Origin: a virus
IMG/VR virus record: IMGVR_UViG_3300044712_000991
Span: 1-64,000 of that record
DNA: 64,000 nt
Direction: 5' to 3' (one strand)
Part shown: positions 55,098 through 63,470 of the stretch, in pieces
Numbering within the stretch: the first letter of the stretch is position 1
Layout: each line of letters starts with the position of its first letter
Position numbers and translations under genes: made by a program
The notes under the pieces: model-generated
Database searches by the model: none
The model's input: the letters and a program-made list of their open reading frames with translations, nothing else
What the model was told of the DNA's origin: nothing

Positions 55098-55379
55098 TCA
55101 CCCCGCCTGAGGTATGCTACGCGGAGGTGCGCCGTTCTGCTCCATGGCAGCGACAGCCATACCACCTATCTTGCGCATGATGTCCATGACACGCACAGAT
55201 GCCTGGGGCTCGGACTCCCGAGTCGCGATATGCCTCGCCTGTAGCAGATAGTCCTCGATGAACACCAACCACTCGGTCGGAGAGTGCTTCCCTCCGCTCG
55301 TTGTGGTGGTCTCGTTCCAACGAGCATCCTGATACGCTCGTTCACCATCGATGAGTGCGTAAACTTCCTGACGTTCCAT
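55098..55379 (-). CDS. MazG-like all-alpha NTP pyrophosphatase-fold protein
   Basis: ERAYQDARW...H...EWL...Y...RKIGGMAVAAME helical pattern. Strong RBS AGGAGG. Confidence 0.5.
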   Translation of the reverse strand: MERQEVYALIDGERAYQDARWNETTTTSGGKHSPTEWLVFIEDYLLQARHIATRESEPQASVRVMDIMRKIGGMAVAAMEQNGAPPRSIPQAG

Positions 55380-55402
55380 GCAGACCTCCTGGATATGATA
55401 AA

Positions 55403-55465
55403 TTCAACCCCGAAGCGGCGGGTTCACGAGCTTAGGGTCTCGCTCCCCCACCGCTTGAGGTCGAA
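55403..55465 (-). other. Long intergenic RNA hairpin without U-tract
   Basis: UUCGACCUCAAGCGGUGGG pairs with CCCGCCGCUUCGGGGUUGAA (about 19 bp, G-U pairs, one bulge) and encloses an inner stem-loop. Confidence 0.7.
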
Positions 55466-55475
55466 GTTCGATAGA

Positions 55476-56252
55476 CTAGACTTTCTGAAGCGTGGCCCAA
55501 TATCGCTCAGTGCCCACTCCTTCTTCCTCAACCACTACGAATGGTGTGCCTTTGATGGCCTCTCGAATCAGTTCGGGACCCAAACGGCACCCATGCCAAG
55601 TGTTACCCTCTGACGCGCCCCCAATGCCCGTGTAGATATCACGCCCCTGAAGAACGAACACGCCACCAAGTTTCAACACCCGGCAGACATCCCGTACATA
55701 GGACTTGATGACCTCTTCGGAGGATATGTGTTGGAATACGATGTACTCGAAGGCGAAATCCACAGAATCCACAGGGATTGCATCACCCAAGGACATGCCA
55801 TCAATCTCCAAGAACGACCCATACCTGACCTTCCCATCCGTACCGTGCTCCACACGATAGTCAGTCAAGCGTTTCATCGCGATATCGATGAGTTTGCCCG
55901 AAATATCCACACCGTAGTAGCGAACGGCATAGTCTGCGATAAACAGGGACATCCTACCCATACCACAACCGATCTCAAGGATGGTGTCGTGGGGGTAGTC
56001 TTTCAGTCGGGGAACGAACTCGCGCAGCGTATCTCCCAACCCTGAGTCCCGAAGACTTTTCTCGGATGCGTTGTGTTCTGCGCACACGAATAGGCTTGGG
56101 TCTTTGGTCGCACGCAAATCCCAGTCGGACTTGGCGGTCTTCACGAACGTCGTGGGGTCTACCTGGGGCATGTACTCGAAGTTGTTGCAGTGGATAGCCC
56201 GAGCATACTGCACGGGGGACACGGCGCTGCGTTGTTCTTCTGACAGACTCAT
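55476..56252 (-). CDS. Class I SAM-dependent methyltransferase
   Basis: LEIGCGMG, GVDIS and VFQHI...RVLKLGG. Confidence 0.88.
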   Translation of the reverse strand: MSLSEEQRSAVSPVQYARAIHCNNFEYMPQVDPTTFVKTAKSDWDLRATKDPSLFVCAEHNASEKSLRDSGLGDTLREFVPRLKDYPHDTILEIGCGMGRMSLFIADYAVRYYGVDISGKLIDIAMKRLTDYRVEHGTDGKVRYGSFLEIDGMSLGDAIPVDSVDFAFEYIVFQHISSEEVIKSYVRDVCRVLKLGGVFVLQGRDIYTGIGGASEGNTWHGCRLGPELIREAIKGTPFVVVEEEGVGTERYWATLQKV

Positions 56253-57115
56253 AGAGGCTCTCCATGTCGAATAGCGAGGTCGGCCTTCACGCGGGACACA
56301 AACTGCTCGAACCCACCATCTTTGAACGCCGTTATGCGTGCGTGCATCACCGCAGGATGGGTGCCCTCAAACTTCTTGATCGTACCGTTCTTCACATGGT
56401 CTGCAAAGAGATACACATAGTCCACCTCGGGATGACCAAGAACCTGTAGCATCTCCTGCATCTTCGGATCGGGGAAGCCGATATCCACATACAACTGCTG
56501 GAAATCCCACTCCTTCTGCCAACCCTTCACGGGGTCTTTGACCTTCCCGTAGTGAAACACCTCAATCGGCGGTCCATCGAGCACATACACATTGGGCACA
56601 TACTGATCGTTGAATGCGAACTGCACCCCATCCCCGATGATCTTCCAGGGTGACCCCCTGCGTACAATACGCACGAGCGTCTCGTAACAGAAGGGAAACG
56701 TCGTCTCGTAGTTGGCCATGAAGTGCGTGTAGTGCACGCGTGCGGCAGACTTCCGAGCACCGATCGCATGCAGTTCCGCGACCGTAGCAAGAAGTGCAGG
56801 CAGACTATCTTCGTGCACCACCTCATCCGCCTGAAGTTGGAACATGTAGTCGGTCGTGAGATGACTTGACGCAAAATTCGCGACATTCTGGATGTCCGTG
56901 AAGTGCTGAACCCAGTTGCGGTGAACGACCTTGATCTTCTCGGGATACAGCGACCTCAACACCTCCACGATCTTCATGGTCTCATCCGTGGAATTGCATT
57001 CGCATATCACAAACTCGTCCACCACATCGATCACGGACTGCACGGACTCCACGAACGGGTAGTCGTAGGCGACCATGTTGTACACATATGTGAATGCTCC
57101 GAGCGTGGGCTTCAT
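56249..57115 (-). CDS. GT-A (GT2-like) glycosyltransferase
   Basis: DYPFVES, NSTDET, LQADE and HYG. Confidence 0.75.
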   Translation of the reverse strand: MKPTLGAFTYVYNMVAYDYPFVESVQSVIDVVDEFVICECNSTDETMKIVEVLRSLYPEKIKVVHRNWVQHFTDIQNVANFASSHLTTDYMFQLQADEVVHEDSLPALLATVAELHAIGARKSAARVHYTHFMANYETTFPFCYETLVRIVRRGSPWKIIGDGVQFAFNDQYVPNVYVLDGPPIEVFHYGKVKDPVKGWQKEWDFQQLYVDIGFPDPKMQEMLQVLGHPEVDYVYLFADHVKNGTIKKFEGTHPAVMHARITAFKDGGFEQFVSRVKADLAIRHGEPL

Positions 57116-57600
57116 ACTGGTACTTCCTTGGGCGTGGTTTCAAGGTTGGTCATCGCAGCATTCACGAACATCTGGACATCTCTGCGCCACAGACCATACC
57201 GGGACACCACGCGACCGAACTCTTCCAGATCGTGGTCAACGCAGGAGTACTTGTCCTTCTCCGCATCGTAGAAGATGTGGCAAAGTTCGTGGAACACAAG
57301 CGCCTCGCGTTCCCGCTCAGTCATCCTGGACCACACCTCGTAGTTGATGGTCATGATGAACTTGTAGGCGGAGGCGAACTCCACCTTCTCGGAACAGTGG
57401 GCAATGTTGCCCAGGTCTTTCATCTTGTCCACGAACAGATAAAGAATCGGAGTGTTCTTCGGAAACGTGAACGTGCCATCCTCACCGATGAGTTTCGTGG
57501 CGATCTCACGAACCTCTACGGCATCCCAGAATTTGTCCTTCTTGGTTTCCTTGGCTGTCTGCTCCGACTTCTGACCCTTCTTCGACGCGGTGTTCATCAC
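57112..57600 (-). CDS. Putative phage metallopeptidase
   Basis: FIMTIN...W...REALVFHELCH (HExxH)...HDLEEF. Confidence 0.75.
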   Translation of the reverse strand: MMNTASKKGQKSEQTAKETKKDKFWDAVEVREIATKLIGEDGTFTFPKNTPILYLFVDKMKDLGNIAHCSEKVEFASAYKFIMTINYEVWSRMTEREREALVFHELCHIFYDAEKDKYSCVDHDLEEFGRVVSRYGLWRRDVQMFVNAAMTNLETTPKEVPV

Positions 57601-57601
57601 T

Positions 57602-57997
57602 TCATCCTTTCAGTGCTTGACCTGCTTCTTGTTTTTTCTGTATGGCGCGTTCAACATCGGCACGCACATTACGCTCCTCGTGCGAGTATCCAGCGACCTT
57701 TTTCTTGAGTTGCTCATTCTTCTCACGAATCTTCTTCCCCGTGGGGACTCCATTGAGTTCCCCATCAATCTTCACATTGTATGTATCATCCTTTTGAGGC
57801 ACCGGGATGAACTTCCGTGGATCATCGAGAAGTTTCCACGCCACATCCTGGGGATGCCTCTCGATCTGGGAGGTCTCGACGTTCACTATGGGGATAAGAT
57901 ACACATTATTCTGCACTAATGCAAAACCACATCCGGGGCAGAGTTGGAGATGGTCTTCCTCAGTGGAAGTACCACATTTTTTGCAAAATCTGTTCAT
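57602..57997 (-). CDS. Zn-ribbon hypothetical protein
   Basis: CKKC...CPGC at the N-terminus, with a coiled C-terminus. Confidence 0.55.
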   Translation of the reverse strand: MNRFCKKCGTSTEEDHLQLCPGCGFALVQNNVYLIPIVNVETSQIERHPQDVAWKLLDDPRKFIPVPQKDDTYNVKIDGELNGVPTGKKIREKNEQLKKKVAGYSHEERNVRADVERAIQKKQEAGQALKG

Positions 57998-58950
57998 TCT
58001 GCCTCCTGATACTTCTCCAACGCAAGTCGCAGTTGCTCCATCGTACGCGACTTTGAGTAGAACTTGGCTGTCCTGAGAGCGCTCTGCCGCATCCGGCGCA
58101 CATCATCCGCATGCATGTCGTTCACAAAGCCCAACATGACCGCCAAGGTCGTATAGTCGCCATCTGTGGGGGCAACCATGCAGTTGTCGCCATGGAACAT
58201 GAAATCCGAACCCCCGCCACCCGTGAAACCCACCACGATACACCCGCATGCCATGGCCTCCAACGGCGGTAGCCCGAAACCCTCAGGGTACGAATGCGCC
58301 ACGAACACCCTAGAGGCTCGCAGATTGTCCGCGAACTCCTGCTCAGGGCAGTCACGGAAGACTTCTATCTCTGTTCTACCATTGGAGTCTATCCATCGGG
58401 GCGCTTCATCTGCACGCATAATCTTCGCACGCGCTCCCTGACCATCCTTACGCTCTTGGAGCATGATAGCCGTACGTCGAGCCTCCCATGGATCGAGCGC
58501 GTCATATGTGGCTCCCTCGGGCAGATGAAACACCCGAGAATCGATGAAAGGGCTGACCATGAACAGCGTGTGCTCCCGAAACTGCGGGAGAGCGTTACGA
58601 TTGAACTCACTGCTCATCCACACATCCAACCCCCTGTAGGGATTGCTCCGGTTGATGAACACCTCACCCTGGACGTACATCACTTTGTTGAAGAACGCAG
58701 ACCGGAAGAGGGGCTCAGGGTCTTCCCAACCGACAATGAGGTCTCTCTTCTTGTCCGCGATGTTCAACATGTGCTGCCATGTAATCTCGGGCGCAGCGTG
58801 CGCAAACCACGAGATGTGGTGCTCCTGCCCATCGGCGTACACGATGTACGCCTCGTGCCCCAACTCGCGTTCAAGCTCTACGAGTTGATACACGACTTTT
58901 ATGCCACCAGAAGGAATAGGGTTGAATGGTAGACAATGAAAGATTTTCAT
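57994..58950 (-). CDS. GT-B (GT4-like) glycosyltransferase
   Basis: SGGIKV and EGFGLPPLEAMACG. Confidence 0.85.
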   Translation of the reverse strand: MKIFHCLPFNPIPSGGIKVVYQLVELERELGHEAYIVYADGQEHHISWFAHAAPEITWQHMLNIADKKRDLIVGWEDPEPLFRSAFFNKVMYVQGEVFINRSNPYRGLDVWMSSEFNRNALPQFREHTLFMVSPFIDSRVFHLPEGATYDALDPWEARRTAIMLQERKDGQGARAKIMRADEAPRWIDSNGRTEIEVFRDCPEQEFADNLRASRVFVAHSYPEGFGLPPLEAMACGCIVVGFTGGGGSDFMFHGDNCMVAPTDGDYTTLAVMLGFVNDMHADDVRRMRQSALRTAKFYSKSRTMEQLRLALEKYQEAE

Positions 58951-58973
58951 ACTGCGCCTGTGTCGTTGAATTG

Positions 58974-60926
58974 TTAGTCGAACATCACATCCGCTAGAAT
59001 TTTGCCCACGGGGACGATATCCGCTCTACGGGCTCGCTGTAGAGCAATCTGTCCCTTCTGCTTGACAACCTCGGGGTGCTCAAACGCGTAGCGCATGAGG
59101 CTCCGCAGGTGATCGAGTCTCGGCGTGGCCCACACAGACCCGATGTAGTTCCTGAAATACGGAAGCACTTGCAACGGCATCGGTTCAAGATCGAACTCTA
59201 TCGGGAAACCCGAACTTTCGTGAAGAAAGTCCGTCATACCGCTGTAGTTGGTCGCTATCGACGGTATCCCGCACGCACCGGCCTCCACGATGCCGTTCCC
59301 GAAGCCCTCACACCGCGAGGGCATCACAAAACAGTCGTGTGCCGTGTACATCGAGGGCACCACAGTCGGATGGAAGGAGTTGGATGTCACATAGATGGGC
59401 GCATGGGGAAGTTCCTGCCCGCCGAGGATGTTCGTTATCCATGTCTTGAGGTCCATCTGGGCCTGCTGAAGGATGTAGAACAGACTCAACGAGTGCAAGG
59501 AGAGGAACACATCCTCGGAAGGCTTGAATTCGAGGATGAACGCCTTGATAACGGCCTCCAGGTTCTTCCGCTCTCCGTACGCGCTCATCGCGAGGAATCC
59601 GAACTTCCTGCGGTTCTCGATTTCTAGTGGTTTTGCCTGGGGATTGAACAGCGTGGTATCCACGGGATTCGGAACAACCGTGATGTCCGTGCGAACACCA
59701 CGCTCTAGCAAGATGTTCTTGCAGAACGTACTGTTGACGACCACCCTGTCCACATGGTTCAACTGCTCGATCCACCGTTGAGGAGGATTGGTGCCCTCGA
59801 ATGTGGTGTGCGCCACCCGGCGCTTTCCTGGGGGCATCAAGTACTGATGGTCACCCTCCGCAGAACGAAGAATCGCCCTGTTCCAGTAGTCGTGGGGCTT
59901 CAGGATCATCTCCTTGATTTCCCAGTCATCCACGGGCATCGGTTGGTGATACTCCTCGGGAGCAATGGCAACATCCACCCCATTGCGCTTGAGACCCTTG
60001 GCGAGGTTCCTCAGTACGATGGAGAACGACCAGTCCCCGTAGATTTTACCACTGATGAGCGCCTGTCGGTCACTCGTCGGCTTGTATGTGAGAATGTCCG
60101 CATCGTGCTTGGTGTAGAACTTAATCTGATTGAACCTCGACAGACCACTCACCGCCTCGGGGCTCCCGAATGTGGCGTTCGCGGTCTTGTTCTCGTAGTG
60201 CACGGCTCGCGCTGAAGGCTGATAGTACGTCTTGAACCCCCATGTACGCGCCATCGTGCAGTAATCAACCTCCTCGAAGTACGCGGGGTTGAACCGCTCA
60301 TCCATACAAGGCACGACCTTCAAGCACCTGTTCGTGATGTAGAACAGAGCGCCCGTAACATACTCCTGTTCGGTGATTGCGGTCTCGATGCACTCCGTGT
60401 TCGGCACTCCGGCCATCTTGTGCTGCCCCCACCCGAAGACCCCGATGAACGCCCCCGCGTGCTGAATGCGACCATCAGGAAACATCAACCGACCGCCAAT
60501 GACGCCCGCATCGGGTGTCGTCTCGGAAGCCTTAACAAGTTCCTCAATACACTCCGGGAAGAGTTCCATGTCGTTGTTGGTGATGAGAATGTCGGCCTCA
60601 GGGAAGAGGGTTTTCGCAACCGAGATGCCATCGTTGCATCCACCCGCATACCCACGATTGGTTGGGTTCTGCACGACAAACCGAAATTTGATGGCATCGT
60701 ACGCCACATTCAACTTCTTGCCCCCGCAGTCCATATCCTCTTGGTACACCACACCCTTCTTATCAAGCCAAGATGTCTCCAACCACGCGGCTGTATCGTC
60801 CGTGGAGGCATTGTTGACCACCACGACCGCAAAGTCCTTCAAGGACTGCCCTTCCAGGCTCCGGAGGAACATCTTGGTGTAGAAAAGTTGATTCAAAACA
60901 GGTGTGACAACGACGACCTTGACCAT
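58974..60926 (-). CDS. Bifunctional GT2-GT4 glycosyltransferase fusion
   Basis: N-half VNNASTD, NRGYAGGCN, NNDM and FEEVDYC. C-half RKN and EGFGNGIVEAGACG. Confidence 0.9.
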   Translation of the reverse strand: MVKVVVVTPVLNQLFYTKMFLRSLEGQSLKDFAVVVVNNASTDDTAAWLETSWLDKKGVVYQEDMDCGGKKLNVAYDAIKFRFVVQNPTNRGYAGGCNDGISVAKTLFPEADILITNNDMELFPECIEELVKASETTPDAGVIGGRLMFPDGRIQHAGAFIGVFGWGQHKMAGVPNTECIETAITEQEYVTGALFYITNRCLKVVPCMDERFNPAYFEEVDYCTMARTWGFKTYYQPSARAVHYENKTANATFGSPEAVSGLSRFNQIKFYTKHDADILTYKPTSDRQALISGKIYGDWSFSIVLRNLAKGLKRNGVDVAIAPEEYHQPMPVDDWEIKEMILKPHDYWNRAILRSAEGDHQYLMPPGKRRVAHTTFEGTNPPQRWIEQLNHVDRVVVNSTFCKNILLERGVRTDITVVPNPVDTTLFNPQAKPLEIENRRKFGFLAMSAYGERKNLEAVIKAFILEFKPSEDVFLSLHSLSLFYILQQAQMDLKTWITNILGGQELPHAPIYVTSNSFHPTVVPSMYTAHDCFVMPSRCEGFGNGIVEAGACGIPSIATNYSGMTDFLHESSGFPIEFDLEPMPLQVLPYFRNYIGSVWATPRLDHLRSLMRYAFEHPEVVKQKGQIALQRARRADIVPVGKILADVMFD

Positions 60927-60929
60927 CGA

Positions 60930-61403
60930 TCAGCCTTCAGGGGTTGTTTCTGGGGGAAACCATGAGTTGGGGATGATACCGTGCGTGGAATCCAAATCAT
61001 ACATAGGGCGCTCTGCTCCCGAGACCTCCCTCTTCCACTGGAACATGGCGTTATCGAGTTTCACGGGTTTCGCGAGTTTGTACGATCGAAGCGTGTTGTC
61101 CCATACCGTGTCAACATCCGTACCTGCAAACGGCAGCCCAGGTAAAAAATTCGGCGCTGAGTAGTACCATCCGTTAGCAAGCACGAGGCAGGTAAATATA
61201 CGACCACCCACGCACTCCTGCACGACCTCCATGATGTGTGGAGCAACACTACATGTAACGGGTATTCTCTGCGTATGGTGCCGGAAACTGCGAAGATGCG
61301 CCACGTACCCATTGGGGAACTCCACGGCGTACGTGTAGGACATCACCTCCCCCGCTCCGTGCAGATAATCCTCGGCTTCCTTTGTTAGCCCAATGAAGTC
61401 CAT
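60930..61403 (-). CDS. Hypothetical protein
   Basis: Start refined to MDFIGL (TAATG overlap). Confidence 0.55.
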   Translation of the reverse strand: MDFIGLTKEAEDYLHGAGEVMSYTYAVEFPNGYVAHLRSFRHHTQRIPVTCSVAPHIMEVVQECVGGRIFTCLVLANGWYYSAPNFLPGLPFAGTDVDTVWDNTLRSYKLAKPVKLDNAMFQWKREVSGAERPMYDLDSTHGIIPNSWFPPETTPEG

Positions 61404-62620
61404 TAGACCATCACCCGACCGAGGGTCGCGATGTTCGTCCCTGTGGGTCGTAGCGCGGTCTCCACGGTCTCCACGAGCATCTTGTCCGCCCGCTCCAGCG
61501 ACCATTCGGCGCGGATGACCTCTCCGAACTTCAGCGCCCTCTCGGTCGCCACGGGATACCGCTCGTAGCACCGCTTGAGCCTACTCTTCGCGTGCTCGTA
61601 GTTCGGATTCGCCCACGACTGCCCAGGACCGAGGAGTTCGGGAGCCCACATCGACTGCGGTACGGGTCCCATGTCGTAGTCCACGACCGCCGTGAGATGG
61701 GGGTTCACGTAGTCCATGTGCCCCGAGTAGCCCGTGACGATGATGGGGAGATTGCACGCAGCAGCCTCCGCTAGTGGGCGGAAATACCCCTCACCATGCG
61801 TGAGACTCACGAAGGCCTTGATCTGCGGGTGATGGTACAACCCCGAGAGCTCCTCGTTGGACATCGCGCCGTGTACGAAGTGCACTCTGCCCTTGGCGGC
61901 CGGTCCTAGAAGCTCGGACATGCGCTCCAGGAGAGCATAGCGGTCGGGAGAGGACTGGTTGTGCATGTACGTCTTGACCACGATGCCCACCTCGGGGTTG
62001 TCAATGAACGCATCGAGGACGGTCATGATGGTCGCAGGGATGTTCTTCCTGTCCATGCTGACCTCACCCTGCAACCACTGCCCCACGGTCAAAAAGTTGA
62101 ACTTCGTGGGGAACTCCAACTGCGAGATGGATGGTATTGCAGACACGGGGTCCACATCGTTGAAGACCTTGGTGTCCACCCCCTCGGGCACGACATACAC
62201 GGGGACTTTCACCCCGCAAGTAATGAGGCGATCCCGCACGAACTTCGAGGGCACGATGATGGCGGTCATCTGGTTGCAGTACTCAGCCCACTTCTGTGGA
62301 TACTGCTCCACCTCCAGACCGGCCGTGATCCCGATATTCGCCACAGCGGACACCCTGCGAAACTCGTGGGGGACGCCCACCTGTATCCAGGCGAACTCCA
62401 CGCCCTCTGCGATACGGTTGTTGCACATGAACACCAGTGCATCCGCCACATCCTTCTCGGGCGTACAGGTCGAACTGCCTCCCCACCCCACGGGTACCAC
62501 GGAGATGTTGAAGTTTCCGGAGTTGAACAGGGCCATGACGATGTCCCTGGCATGCGCTCCGTATCCGCTCAGGCTGAACACGGGGGCTTGGATGATGAGA
62601 TTCTTCCGATCGGTCATCAT
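61403..62620 (-). CDS. GT-B (GT4-like) glycosyltransferase
   Basis: SGYGAHAR, GVDT..F, RKN and GEGYFRPLAEAAAC. Confidence 0.85.
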   Translation of the reverse strand: MMTDRKNLIIQAPVFSLSGYGAHARDIVMALFNSGNFNISVVPVGWGGSSTCTPEKDVADALVFMCNNRIAEGVEFAWIQVGVPHEFRRVSAVANIGITAGLEVEQYPQKWAEYCNQMTAIIVPSKFVRDRLITCGVKVPVYVVPEGVDTKVFNDVDPVSAIPSISQLEFPTKFNFLTVGQWLQGEVSMDRKNIPATIMTVLDAFIDNPEVGIVVKTYMHNQSSPDRYALLERMSELLGPAAKGRVHFVHGAMSNEELSGLYHHPQIKAFVSLTHGEGYFRPLAEAAACNLPIIVTGYSGHMDYVNPHLTAVVDYDMGPVPQSMWAPELLGPGQSWANPNYEHAKSRLKRCYERYPVATERALKFGEVIRAEWSLERADKMLVETVETALRPTGTNIATLGRVMV

Positions 62621-62940
62621 AACGGGGATACTCCTATAGCTTGGTATGGTTGAATAGAAATGTCACACTCTTCGATGTAATTCAGTACGAGGGGAGTCCG
62701 CGATGACCACGGGTCTCCCGGGCGCACGGTTTTTTCATGCTCGGTGCCACCAAAACGCACCTTGCGGGTGGCGTGGGTCAGATGGATACCAGTCCACGCC
62801 ATACCCTGGTTGCCATCCTCATAGAGGATAGGCTCGACCCCATCCGACAAAATCAGACCGATGAACCCCGATGAACAAGCAGCAATGGCATACTTGCGTG
62901 GTGGTCTCACCACGGTCTCCACATCCTTCTGGATGCTCAT
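62617..62940 (-). CDS. Hypothetical phage protein
   Basis: 107-aa coupled ORF. Confidence 0.55.
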   Translation of the reverse strand: MSIQKDVETVVRPPRKYAIAACSSGFIGLILSDGVEPILYEDGNQGMAWTGIHLTHATRKVRFGGTEHEKTVRPGDPWSSRTPLVLNYIEECDISIQPYQAIGVSPL

Positions 62941-63290
62941 CAGTTTCGTCCCTTCATACGCTGTGCGACCTTCGCGTAACTCTTTCCTTCCCCATCGGGA
63001 TGCACGAGCGTCACGACGTTCGTGGGCTTACCGAGAGCGAAGGCCATGCCGAGATCGAAATGGCTTCCCTTGCTCTCCACATCCCATATGACATGTACCT
63101 CATCCGCCGCCCTCATGGAATCCAAGTGCTCCACGCAGATGTTGTACCCCGTTGGATCGCCCTGATAGACATCGCGTACCGGGTTGTGCACCGAGTGCCC
63201 CTCGGCCTCTAGAGAGGCGACATAGAGGTCAATCATGCGCTGTACATCGGGCGCAACCCCCCGTACTGGACATATCAGATGAATACGCAT
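62940..63290 (-). CDS. Nucleoside 2-deoxyribosyltransferase/N-glycosidase-fold protein
   Basis: IHLICPVRG, VHNP.RD, ADEV and SKGSHFDLGMAFALGK. Asp replaces the usual catalytic Glu. Confidence 0.6.
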   Translation of the reverse strand: MRIHLICPVRGVAPDVQRMIDLYVASLEAEGHSVHNPVRDVYQGDPTGYNICVEHLDSMRAADEVHVIWDVESKGSHFDLGMAFALGKPTNVVTLVHPDGEGKSYAKVAQRMKGRN

Positions 63291-63297
63291 TCGTGCC

Positions 63298-63468
63298 TCA
63301 TGTAGTTTGTTTTGCGAACATCGAGCGCCACAGCCGTTTTACCGCCCGCGCAACACCCCAACCTTCTAAGCACAGCAAGAGCATGAGGACTCCCCCAAAT
63401 ACTAACGCTATCCAGAAGAGAAACCTCCATTCATCTCCCGCCTTGGTGTTGCCCAGGTCTTCCATCAT
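63298..63468 (-). CDS. Small single-pass membrane protein
   Basis: MMEDLG...FLFWIALVFGGVLMLLLCL...basic tail. RBS AGGAG. Confidence 0.55.
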   Translation of the reverse strand: MMEDLGNTKAGDEWRFLFWIALVFGGVLMLLLCLEGWGVARAVKRLWRSMFAKQTT

Positions 63469-63470
63469 AC

